From Asterias rubens (lineage: Eukaryota), in NCBI RefSeq assembly GCF_902459465.1, contig NC_047062.1, forward strand, positions 20,460,001-20,524,000: 64,000 nt of DNA. The letters are read 5' to 3'. Shown here one piece after another: positions 39,037-51,000 of this stretch. How positions within the stretch are numbered: the first letter of the stretch is position 1; every line of letters begins with the position of its first letter. The notes below the pieces were generated by a model. It did no database searches. It had not been told where the DNA came from and saw only the letters and a list, made by a program, of their open reading frames with translations. The position numbers and the translations under genes were made by a program.

Positions 39037-39670
39037 CAGGTCGCTTAAATCATTTCACTAGTCTAAGTCTATCACCAAATAACTTTGGCCCATATTTCAA
39101 ATTGTTGTTTTTCAACACTGAACCAGCCAGACGGACCACTTGGGAATGAGTTTTGACAGGCCCTCTGGTGCTTTAACTGGCATTTGGCCAGTGGAGTCTT
39201 GCTAAGGGAGAATGTTGAACGTTCAACATCCTGAGATATTAACTGGAAGTTTTTTGACAAGGCACAGACAATCTAAATTATAGAAAACTATAGATTTTAC
39301 TGCGGGAAGTGTGAAATTACAAGCTTGTTATTACTTCTGTACCAGATGCTGGAAAAAGGGATCTTGGATGAATTCAAATTAAAGGAAGGACTACAATTAT
39401 GTGGATCCAATGCAAATTTTCATGCGAACCTTGCATGGGGGATCCTTTTCATTGAATCACTTAACTGTGGTCAGCAGAGCATAAAATTAACCTAAAGGTT
39501 CTCAGATAAAATGAAATAACAAAATAAATTTTGTTCTACCATTTTCAACTTTTGATCTGCTACATGTATGTATGACGAGTAAGCGAAAGTCGTTAAGTCG
39601 TTACATGAACCGACCAGAACAAGTGTAATAACAAGTGAAGGTTAAAAAACCCAAACATTACAGGTATCGT

Positions 39671-40007
39671 GGGGTGTCGTGGCCGAGTGGATAAGAGCAC
39701 CGAACTCAGACTCTGATGCTTCTGTTCAGCAGAGTGTGGGTTCGAATACAGGTCGTGACACTTGTGTCCCTGAGCAAGACACTTAACTAATTGCTTCTCT
39801 CCACCCAGGGGTAAATGGGTACCTGTGAGGGCAGAGATGGTTCTTGTGATTGGTTTAGCCATGTAGCGCTTATAATTGTCGCACAAGCTGTATACTCCCC
39901 AGGGAGCTGAGATGGTTTAAGGAATGATTTAAGGCCCAGTGACCAGGGGTAATAATGTCGGAAGCGCTTTGAGACACCCCGTAAAAAAGCGCTATATAAA
40001 AACCGTC

Positions 40008-40038
<31 letters not shown>
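39671..40038 (+). mobile_element. Full-length tRNA-derived SINE with TSD
   Basis: A box TGGCCGAGTGG, B box GGTTCGAATAC, (ATT)n tail, and 9-bp TSD aggtatcgt at 39662-39670 and 40039-40047. Confidence 0.92.
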
Positions 40039-40039
<1 letters not shown>

Positions 40040-40269
40040 GGTATCGTCTGTGAAGTTACACATGTGTGCACTCAATGACAATTGACATGCAGGTCAATTT
40101 CTGCTTGCCATATTTACTGAGAATTTTGTGAGAAAAACATTTTGCATGCAGCATTGCAGCAGTAATAATAATAGTGGTTTGCGTGCTTATTCGTCACTCA
40201 ATGATGCTCAAAGATGTTTTTAACATACAGTATTTTCCTGCAAGGTGGGACTAAATTTTAATTATGAGA

Positions 40270-40596
40270 CCTACTCCTTTTACATAGCACCATGTAATGG
40301 CTTACAAGGTGCTGTGGCACAATATTTTGCAAACTAAACCAGGAACACCGAGGCGAACCCCTTTCTCTTTTTGATAAGTGCACTGGGTTCTTTTAGATGC
40401 GTTACACAACACAAGGGACCAAGGGCTTTACATCCCATCCGAAGGACAAAGTATCATGGTTTTAAAAGTGTCTTGCTTAAGGACACTAGGTGACATGACT
40501 GGGACTCGAACCCACTCTCTGCCGATCAGAAACACCACAGTTTGGATCAGGTGCTGCTAGGAATCTGGTGATCTTAACCGCTAGGCCAAGACACGC
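40270..40596 (-). mobile_element. tRNA-derived SINE, same family as 3070-3420
   Basis: Reverse-complement match with A box (TGGCCTAGCGG) and B box (GGTTCGAGTCCC). Confidence 0.85.
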
Positions 40597-40788
40597 TATA
40601 GTGTGTGTAGAGTGCATTTTTTTGTCAAATTCTACACTAAGTGTGGCATTGATAGTTTTGTGGCACTGTCAGTTTTGACTAACACATGCGCACCTCATTG
40701 GCTGATCACTTGTGTGCATTGTGTACATTATGAATGCACTATGTATTGTACTTTTGTAAAAATAAAAGTACTATGGGAGACTTTGGAA

Positions 40789-40901
40789 CGCTAGATGGCA
40801 GCAGACTTACCAGGTACATTTCCATTGTTGAGGTAGTTCTGAGCATGCACACATTACCAAGAACAATGGATTTTACCTGGCAAGTCTGCTGCCACCAAGC
40901 G
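40789..40901. mobile_element. Short hairpin MITE beside the ITPK1 micro-exon
   Basis: CGCTAGATGGCAGCAGACTTACCAGG / CCTGGCAAGTCTGCTGCCACCAAGCG inverted ends. Confidence 0.72.
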
Positions 40902-40923
40902 CCCCATTAGGATTGTATCTCAC

Positions 40924-40948
40924 CTTGACGAGCTCAATGTTCTTTTTC
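40924..40948 (-). CDS. ITPK1: ITPK1 coding exon 2 (25-nt micro-exon)
   Basis: ctccag|G AAA AAG AAC ATT GAG CTC GTC AAG|gtgaga gives (R)KKNIELVK. Phases join exons 1 and 3; human has KRGMEVVQ at this position. Confidence 0.88.
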
Positions 40949-41512
40949 CTGGAGTCAAAGAGAATACAAAAAAGTATAACATTAAAAAAAATGCATCAAA
41001 TCAAGTGTTATTGAGAAACCATGTGTTCAAATTTTGCAAATTAACATGTTATTTTTTTTTTAATGTACTGAAAAGGTTATTGTGTCAAATCTTCAATGAA
41101 TGATTCCTACGACCGTTGAAAAGATCAATGATTACATTTACCACAATATGCTCAGGCAATGCACCTAGGCTGTCGGATAACTAATACTTGGTCTTGATCA
41201 ATGAAAAAGTTTGAGCCAAAGGAGCCCTGCTTGTTTTTCTCCTGCCCATTATTCAAATAGTCAATGGTCTGACGTTTTGACCCCAATTAGCAGAGAACTT
41301 CTCAAAAGGCTAATATTATGACAACACAACACATCACAACAAGAACGGGCCTTCAACTTCGCTCTTGAAGAGGCCAAGCAGTTTTTCTCTGGTAAGGGGT
41401 ACTTCTACTAAATGGGGAAGTTGTGAAATTGTATTGGATTCTTGCAAAAGGCACTACAGTAATTGGGAACCACAGCAATAACTGTGGATGCTGTGGGTTA
41501 ATTGGAGGCCAG

Positions 41513-41563
41513 GGGTGGATTTCACAAAGAGTTAAGACTAGTCTTATCTTGTGAAATCGACCC
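41513..41563. mobile_element. Minimal 51-bp member of the CTAG-rich Harbinger-like MITE family
   Basis: Essentially two TIRs joined; CAG and CTG flanks. Confidence 0.75.
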
Positions 41564-41868
41564 CTGGTTATGTAACCAGAAGCAGTCAAGTGGAAAGAGA
41601 AGGAAGGGGCAGTCAAGCACACAGCAGAAGGGTTTGGTAGAGTCATGGAGCCTGAGGTAGAATTCTACCTCCATGGTATAGTACAGTAGGGTAGGGGTAG
41701 GAGGGGGAGGGGCTGGTTTGGGTTAACAATAACAACCTTCTTAAAAAAAGACTAAAAGTAAGACTTAGAGAAGAGGTTGTAAACAGTGTCACTGTGTCAC
41801 TGTTAAGTGTCAGTCTCTGCTGTATGCAAAGAAGGGGGTCAAACATATGGGCATGGATTAGTCCCAGC

Positions 41869-42006
41869 GGATAACTTTCCGTATGGCGCCACCACCTTTT
41901 CATTTTTTCACTCATTTTTACAAAAATGGATCTCATTGAGGTAAATTAGATACTATATTTTTTCATATCGAATGAAAAAGTGGTGGCGCGATACGGAAAC
42001 TTCGCC
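41869..42006. mobile_element. MITE with 8-bp TSD (gtcccagc)
   Basis: Imperfect TIRs GGATAACTTTCCGTAT / ATACGGAAACTTCGCC; gtcccagc on both sides. Confidence 0.7.
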
Positions 42007-42306
42007 GTCCCAGCTATGGTACGATTTTGGGATGAAACAAACCACCCTAGCACGGCTACAGTATTTGTTAATTTCAATGTTAAAAAAAAACCTAAATTAT
42101 AATGAGGTTGTACGCTCTTTATGAAGGGTGATTATATTAGTCAATAGTTTGCAACAGGAAATGTGGAAATGTTCTGAGAGAAACGTAAAGGGGCGTGTGG
42201 TTGGTGATAGTAACACATTATTTATACAATGCTTGGTCGAAAAGTCAACAGGAATTAAAAATGAATCATGACGAAGCATGCCCATCGAACATGTCGATAT
42301 ACTTAC

Positions 42307-42386
42307 CTACACAAGCCGCTGAATATCGTGTGAAAATCGAGTTTTTTCAACTTCTTTTCGGTCATCCAGTACCCCACTTTCTTCAT
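42307..42386 (-). CDS. ITPK1: ITPK1 inositol-tetrakisphosphate 1-kinase, coding exon 1 of 10 (total CDS 1158 nt, 385 aa, span 23562-42386)
   Basis: MKKVGYWMTEKKLKKLDFHTIFSGLC(R), compared with human RVGYWLSEKKIKKLNFQAFAELCR. Donor gtaagt; in-frame stop upstream; UTR acceptor at 42417. Confidence 0.92.
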
Positions 42387-42577
42387 GATTACAAACGACT
42401 CTAATTCAGGATCTCACTAAAACAACCACCAGCGACAATGGTTAGAAACTATACACTAATTATTAAACAAATTTAGCATGGCGTTTTACAGTCAGGAACG
42501 GCTTAGGTGACTTATTTACTTCTTGTACACACAATACACACGGGCGTCGCCTGCTGGCTCTTTACAATAATACCATG

Positions 42578-42586
42578 CTTTATATA
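42578..42586 (-). promoter_or_regulatory. Candidate TATA box of ITPK1
   Basis: TATATAAAG on the - strand, upstream of a plausible short non-coding exon (donor gtaaat near 42521) and the UTR acceptor at 42417. Confidence 0.4.
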
Positions 42587-45500
42587 GCGCCACCAAGCGT
42601 TAGAAATGGAACATAACCGGCTAAGACTAGTCTTTTCCGCTCGTATAAAAACATAGTTTTTGAGTTTGAGAAGGCAGAAATGGCTAGTGTTGTTCAAAAC
42701 CTCCCAAATCAAGGAAGGGGCTGAAACCCCAATCTACATGGTGTCTCGATGGGATTCGAACTGAGGTTCCCAGAGCTGGTGGTGTGTCCTATAATAATGG
42801 GGGGGGGGGGGGGGGTGCTCTCGTCCCTCCTCTATGGGTTGGGCCTGGCGGTCTATAGGTGCGCTCCGTGCCAATTGGTTTATTAGCACCCCCTTGACAC
42901 ACACATAGAGTTTTGACAAAGTTTTCGCGTTCGATTAACTCGGGAGGAAATAGTTTTGAAACGAAACCGCATGTAGCCTTTGTATACCATTTTCCGCGTC
43001 GTGTCACAATGATTTTATTTCAGTTTATTAGGCTTAATTAAAATAATTAATTTTCTATTGAAAAAAACAATTAATAACGATTTTAACCACTACTGCTAAC
43101 AGACAGGCTTTAAACGGGAAATGATAAAAAAAAATATGGTCACCGACACCTAGGAATATAATTACTAGTGACCAGTGGCTGAAGCTTCGTTATTCGGATG
43201 GCACACAAACTGAAGTTTCGAAGGGGGAGTGAGAAAGACAAAAAAAACAACCCACAAAACCCCATCGTAACACATTTAAACACACAAACAAACTTCATTG
43301 GTAACAACTAACTTTGTGGGCTGGGCGTAGGTCTACTGCTGAAAAAGAACCCAATGACATCCGAAGATGAACGAGCGCTATACTATGATGATGGCTGGTT
43401 TAAAGCGAACATTGTGCAGTTAGGGATTAAATTCGTGTCCGGCCACCAAGGAACAACATTTTGATATTTGGATGATGGGGGCAAAGACAAAGAAGAAAGA
43501 TGGGGATATCCACGCCCCCTTCGCGCCGCCGCCGCCGTGAAAACCTTGGATTGAAGATCCTTAATTATTTTCCTATACTAAAAGAAAGACCAGTACCCTT
43601 TCGAGACGGTGCACTTGAGTTAGCAAGCTCCATTATAACTTGAAAACCTGCGTTTTGCAAAACTGCTAATTAATGTTTTTCAAAGGAAAGAAAACAAGTG
43701 AGTATTAGGCCTACAGGCACATTTTCTCGGGGCACGGCCCGTTACAGAACCCGAAAAATGTGTTGCTGTAAGGGTTAAAGTTTATTAATTAATTTGCTCC
43801 CCTCCCCGATTAATGTGCCTGGTGTCGCCGATGGGTTTTCAGGACCAGATTTTTTTGTTAAGCTAAAGTACAATTTTCGGAAACACAGAATTATTTTCCT
43901 TCGTGCACAGTCCCATTAAAACAATGGGATCCCATTGAACCCCATTCAAAATATCAATGGTACTCAACGGGGTTCGGTGCGATAAACCCCATGGGAATGA
44001 GACCGTGGGGAGAGGGGGACGTGGCATGTGTGATTGTCAGTTTTGCTTGTTGTTCTTCACTGTTACCAATTGGAAGGCCAGCTCAATAATAACGGTGAAT
44101 GTGGAGCAAGACGTGTATACTGCCCTCTGTTGTCGGAAGGGATCAACCAGGGCCGTTTGGTCAGGCCTCAAAACCTTATCTATCTGCTTCAAGTTGATTA
44201 GCGTGGTCAACAATCACATCGACATAATGAGCCAAAGGAAAATATAGTGTGGCCCGACAAATTAAATTCAGTTCTTTCTACGAAAAAAAACCCCCAACAA
44301 AACACCCGTCCCCTTCGTCACTTATGTTGGTATTGGGCTTCATGTCCATCATCCACTGTGCATGGTCCCCAAACCTCACACGATTAAAGCAGTCATTTAA
44401 AATGGAATATGGCAATCAGTTTACTATTACCAATAGCACGACCATTCATTTCTGAAGATTGGGTGTGGTCCCAAAAGCATGACAAGAATTTTCATTATTT
44501 TGGTTGTAACAATTGGATAATAACCATAAAATTATAAATATAACTTGCACTAAAATGGCAACCTCTGCACCAAAGCATAGCAGGCCGTAGCCCTATAAAG
44601 GACTCTTCCTCTGTGCAGCTGTACACATATACTGTAGTATACAACGAAAGTGTAAGGCCGCCAGGGCTAAGCAGGCCGCTGCTCTGTGACAAGAAGACTG
44701 CTCATTTTAATACAAAACACGACATCAATTATTGAAATAGGTCTATTACAATGATGCCTCACAAATTGAACAGCACAATATTCAGTTGAATATTGATAGC
44801 ATGGGCAGATGAAGGTTTTACAAACATTCATGGAACTGATGTTTCTTATCGTTAAAGATTTTGAACTTTGATCAAGTTCCGGTATGTTATAATCGGCTTA
44901 TGGGAGAGGGGGGGGGACAGAGGGGCCGCCGGAAAACTTGATCAAACAACGGCATCAGTTTCCCCGAACCGTGTCGGTCAATTCCCCCGCACACCTCATT
45001 CATACACTTCAAACTTCACATAAATAATTAAAATTTCTCATAATAAAGTCCGTTGAAGGAAAAACCAACCGCCTTGCAGCTCCGAGGTATGACAGAACAG
45101 TGTAATTTATCAACAAGAAGCCGGCAGTTTTGACAAGTGAGTATTTTTTAAAAGAAAATTAATTTCAAGGCAATTTGCGTTACACCCTTGGGCCGATGGA
45201 ACTGTCTACTCCAAAATATTGATTAACAAGTCTATTTGCCGTAGATTAAGTCAATATGCAGGGAACCAGTGAATGTGCCAGCGAGCGATTTCTCTGTTTG
45301 CAGGCTACTATGGTATATACATTGCAATTGCCAATGATCGCTTGATTGTGTTTTCATTCGGTTTGCACTTGATTTACCAATGGAGGGAGGACGTTTCTTT
45401 TCTCCAGTGATGGATGTATTTTCAAAGCTTGGCATGCTATAAGTTGTACAATATCCATCTTTTGTTTCTTCATGCAAAACTGGTATGTTTTTACATTGGA

Positions 45501-45995
45501 AATTAAAAGGAGCAATTACAGTTCGGAAGTTTGGGACATCATCAGGAAACTACACAAAGCTGGACATACTGTAGGCCTATACCCTTTAGGACGCATTGGA
45601 AATGAGGCCGAGTTTTAAACTATTTCTTACTCAAAAAGACAAAATAAACGAAAAGAAAAGTGAAGAAAACTAAGGCAAACAAACATAACTATTATTTTAT
45701 AAAATAGTTTCCAAATGCGAGTAACTGCATAGTGCTCAGTGGTGAATTGGAATACTTCTTTTTCAGATTCAACCGATTTATTTATTTACTAATAAATAGG
45801 TCTACTAGTAGAGTTGTAAATGACAGCACTGCTTATTAATGGAAGGATGGTTCATTGGGTAAAATTCAATGCCCTTTATATGAAACTAAATGGAACTGAC
45901 AGGAACTGTCGTATAATTATAGTAACTGTTGCGTGTTCATCTCCCTAGCCTGATTGATATTCACAACGGCAAGTTGGTTATACTTTCAGCTTTAA

Positions 45996-46259
45996 AGATG
46001 CTATGTCAGATTTTTGGCCGATTTGATCCCAAAATTCAATAGGTATTTTGATGGGGGTCGAGAAAGTTACAAGCTTTCATTTGAGCCATTGCTCGAAAAA
46101 GTCCGCCAATTATTAGTAGCAGTGAAATAAAGTGCTCAAAATTAGTTTTTGTCGGGATCCCGACAATAATATCACGTGACCAATTCTTATGTGTTTTATA
46201 AGAAACGTTTTAATTTATTGTTTTTTAATGTTTGGGGCAAAAAATCTGACATAGCATCT
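45996..46259. mobile_element. TTAA-target MITE, family C
   Basis: TTAA|AGATGCTATGTCAGATTTTT...AAAAATCTGACATAGCATCT|TTAA. Confidence 0.88.
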
Positions 46260-47704
46260 TTAAATCACGATTTGTATTTTAATCTGTTTTTAAATTCCGA
46301 GGATTCACATTGATCGGCGGCTCTGTGACCAAGGCCAAAGGGAATCAACGATAAATAGGTTTTAAATTTGACATTAATTGTTTTTGTCGAACTGGCCTAG
46401 ATATGGTTATCGTCCATTGTGGTTTCCCCGATTCAAGAAACAAAAACATAACGAATGGTGAAGTTACAACCTAAAATAGAAACTTTAAGTCTGATCATTA
46501 TAAAAAAACTCATGGGTCAAAATCGGTCCGGTGACCCGTTAGGCCTGACCTAACCCTGGCGGACTTACACTTTCGTATTATACTACAGCACAGATGTAGA
46601 GTCCTATTTATGGCAAATATTCCGGGTTACACTGACATAATGCATTGTAGTACCACTCACAGAAACCCCTATTAATATTTCCGTCATCTTGACTGAAACG
46701 TCAAGCCGTGAATCGCAGCCCGACGTCGGGCAATAACTCTCGTGTCGGAAAAATTAGACTTAATGTCTCGTTGCTCCCTTGTTTTATCATCCATTTGAGG
46801 ACGAGTAGTGTTTTATGAAATAATTACAGTTTCAATAACATACTATATGATATGGTTGATACAGCCATTCAAAAGAAACGGATTGAAACATTATACGGCC
46901 GCTATTTTTCACTAAAATTTATTGCTGATGTTTAATTGATGTTAATAAAACAAATGATCTTCAAACGTTACGTATGCCATAATTGGTTATCATTAAAGAA
47001 GTACACACATTTGTTGTCCTATCCGTTGTATTACCAGAAGTCAGTGTGAATTTCAGATGTCGGTATGGTTGCTTTAAAGGGACATCGAACATTGCATTAA
47101 CGTAAACATTTACGTACGAATTCATGGTATCTGCACCAAATCTCATACACACGTAAATATTCACAATGTTTACCGTGTCGAGAACACTAACGGAAGTATT
47201 TGTGATATGGCACAAATCATAACTATTCACGAAGGTAAATGTTCGTGTCACCAGACTTTTAGAACGATAGTCACCGTATTTCAGATATGGATGGAGGTTT
47301 ATGGATAGTGCATCAAACATAAACACTGGGTTTCTTAACTCAATATACGGTCCATGGTGTTATGATCCTTTAGTCTATATTCAAGTCACTCTTTTATAGT
47401 TTGGTTTTGGTACATTACGTTTGATGATAAAGATGAATAACTCATCAGCAACGGGGGAGCTGTCTCCAAGCTTGTGGGCCTTTATGATGAGTTTTAATGG
47501 CGTTGACTAACTGTTTCGAAATACTATAACAACACTATTATTATGTGGGACTTTATGTTAGAGCTGCCAACCGTGACGCAAAACCTTGGACGGTATAATA
47601 ATAAGATGTTGATTTGGTGAGTATAATGATTCGTAATTATTGCATGGGCAGGGCTCAGTGAGAAAGGCTTCCAATGTCACAAAAAGGCTCGTCCAGTTAG
47701 GAAT

Positions 47705-48038
47705 GATCGGTTTCATTAATACAGCAGCCTTAAATTTCAAACCATGGCAAAACAGCATGTTTACAACGCTTCAACATGACCCATTACAACCGGGGGTAGA
47801 AGTTAAAAGCAATGATGCTAACCTAACTTTGTCACGAAAGAGTAACTCTAACGATTTAAAGGTAGTGTCAAGATCGGTTTCATTAATACAGCAGCCTTAA
47901 ATTTTAAACCATGGCAAAACAGCATGTTTACAACGCTTCAACATGACCCATTACAACCGGGGGTAGAAGTTAAAAGCAATGATGCTAAACTAACTTTGTC
48001 ACGAAAGAGTAACTCTAACGATTTAAAGGTAGTGTCAA
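47705..48038. repeat. Tandem duplication of 167 bp (2 mismatches)
   Basis: gatcggtttcattaatacagc...ggtagtgtcaa at 47705-47871 and 47872-48038. Confidence 0.95.
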
Positions 48039-50692
48039 GGTGCGACTGTAGCACCCTTCCTCGCTGGACAGGTCAGCCCCCGGCCCTCAAGCTGCCCGAG
48101 AATAAACAGACCGAAAAATCGTCTTCACGGTTAAAAGTTATTGTTGACTTTCATTCTGTACCCTTCTTTTAGTGTCACTAAACTGAAACCGTTTACATGT
48201 GTTAGTCTGAGGATGGTATCCCGCATGCCCATTCCACTCGATCGGTTTGCATTACGGAAAGCGTAGCTGATGGAGCAGTAGCCTATAATAATTAGTCAAT
48301 GCGGTGTGTACAACACTGTAATGTGTCATTTGAACAGGTAATAACGCTATTTATTAACTAATATCAGACTGCAATTTTGTTTCTTCATGCAAACTCACGT
48401 AGCCAAGTTGAGTCTGAAAAAGGGTAGTCTTTCTTGTAAAGTACACAACGGCAGTACAACATGTATCGCAGTACCTGTCGTAGGGGGGCGCTCTCGGTTA
48501 TTAAATCATTTGGGAGGCAATAAGTGGGGGCAGAGACTTGGGGGAGGGGGCTATTTAATGCATATTATAACCATTCGAATCACTAATTTCTGCATTGTGT
48601 TCGACCTTAACGTATTTTATTGGTGAGGTATTTTCAACACAGGAAGTATGAACCAGGCTCTCGGCACTGATTACTGTGTATAAATCTTCCTTTGCCCACA
48701 AGAATATTTTACCTAGAGATCTATTGGAAACTCTATGACGAGAGGCATTGTCTCCATGTGTTATGAATGGTGCTGTATAAGGGACACATCATAAGCGTTG
48801 CAGTCCCCAAATGGATTCACTTTTTTAGTAAAGGCCTATGTTTTTAGTGGACGTGTCATCAGTGGTAGATTTCTTGCCGTGCTTTGCATAGGGCGTCTCG
48901 CTGCAATTTGTCCCATCATATAATGTTCATAACAGAAATAGAGAGGGATCGTTATTCAAGAACGCTGAGGGCTATAGGGGCACATGAGATGCAGGTGCGA
49001 GGGAACTATGATGTTCAGGGAGCTACCGTCTCCATTACTAGTCAAGTTGTCATGGTAAAGATTATCTCTAAAGAAGATAATATTCGCAAGAAACGAAATT
49101 AAATACAGTTTTATCCGCGGGATCCACTTCCGATATGCTATCAAACAGATCGTCAGTGTAAGATAAGCAACTCCCCTAAAATCCTTTTTAATTATCATGA
49201 AGTACTTGCAATTAATAGGGCTGTTTGTGCGTCGTCAGTGTGTATACCTCATAGACTTCTCATTTCGGTTTTTAATACCTGCCTCAAAGATTAACATTAA
49301 TGACACACGGAAGTATAAAGATCGAGCTATCGAACCACCGCCTCGCCATTTCGGAAGTTGCTCTCTTCACATTGTAACTTTTAATTAAAATAATTCTCTA
49401 TACCAAGAAAGCTTTCTCATTGTCGTCTCAGTCAACTCGGGTATAAGGGAATCGAGAAGTGTCACAGCAACCGAGTTAATTACTTACATGTATCAATCTT
49501 GCCTCGTCTTTCTGCTTATAGCTTTAAAACAAAACAAACAAAAAAAAAAAAAAAAAAGGGAAAAAAAGATAAAAAGTGAAGAAGCTCGGGCCGGAGTAAT
49601 TCTGTGCCTACCAGTGCTCTTGAGACGCCGTATTACCCTTTGTAGCGTGTTGTTTTAAGACCGTTATAATACCATATAGGGCTCTCGCCGTCAGATACTA
49701 ATCGCTTTAAATCCTGGTTCGGGGCTGACTCTCCGTCTATGATCGCAGCCTAAGGGAGGCAGTGACAAGTACGACAGTGCTTCGGCCCGTAGGGGGCGCC
49801 ACACCTTGTTGAGCCTGCGCACTGATGGGACCTGTCACTTCCGTTTTCCCGCGTAAAAAGATCAAGAGGGTGACGGGATACTATAGCGAGGTAATAGTCG
49901 AAGAAGAAAAACAGTAGACCTACTTTGCAAATCGAAGCGAGTGAATAATGACAATTAACTACGGAGTTTGATGATTTCGTGAGTATTAACTTTCATTTAA
50001 GTTTTTAGCATTGAGTTTTTCGTACCAAGCTATGTTAAAGTATTTCTTAGTAGTTAACATTTACTGCTTTGGTTGTAATGTTCGTATTTATTATTTGTCG
50101 TTGGCTCTATTGCGATTAGTGAGCCATGGAATTCATTTTTTTTTGATAAATGGCGACTAGACGAACGCAAACAAGGCCGGGTGTTGAGAGTGTCCGGTGT
50201 CCGGACCTCGACAGGTACCATCAATGCCTTGTTGTCTTGTGTCTTCAGAGTAGAAGATCAAATTCAGCCGGATATGACGTATTCCCACCCATAAGATTTC
50301 AACAGCACTGTGCAGAGACTTATCGATAATGTCATGTAATGCGCTCGATATTTGCTTATAATGATGGATTATTTGATAATCTTCTTCTCAAATACGAGTA
50401 CAGTTCTAAAGTAAAACATTGCCTTGGGGTAGGCCGATTGTATACCTTCTTTACTAATTTCCCCTATATGCACACTTTGTTCGAAAACTCTGAAAATTTA
50501 GCTTTTGTTTTATACCAGCTGGTATGGAATAATTAAAAGAAAACGAGCGATGTAGGAGTAGGTAGGTGTCAAGTTATCGAGCCTAAAGCAGTGATCATAC
50601 TTTACTTTTACATGATGACTCAATGAGGATTAATACTAGGTTCATAGACATAATTTAAAATATCAACTTTCCACACCGACGATAAAAATTAA

Positions 50693-51000
50693 AGGCAGTG
50701 GACACTGTTGGTAATTACTCAAAATAATTATTAGCATAAAACCTTACTTGGTAACGAGTAATGGGGAGAGGTGGGTAGTATAAAACATTGTGAGAAACGG
50801 CTCTCTCTAAAGTGGAGTAGTTTTCGAGAAAGAAGTAATTTGCCACGAATTTGATTTCAAGACCTCAAGTTTAGAATTTGAGGTCTCGAAATCGAGCATC
50901 GGAAAGCACACAACTTCGTGTGACAAGGTGTTTTTTATTTCATTCAAATCTCGCTACTTTGACAACCAATTGAGCTCAAATTTTCACATGTTTGTTATTT
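50693..51000. mobile_element. TTAA-target MITE, family A, right end missing
   Basis: Left TIR and body present; flanked by a ~60-bp direct repeat. Confidence 0.85.

Noticed and set aside
39671-39760. tRNA gene
   Set aside because: The tRNA-like head continues into a SINE body with an (ATT)n tail and TSD; it is not a complete cloverleaf.
41335-41392. Exon-like QERAFNFALEEAKQFFS|gtaagg on the + strand
   Set aside because: In-frame TGA just upstream with no acceptor AG; antisense to an ITPK1 intron.
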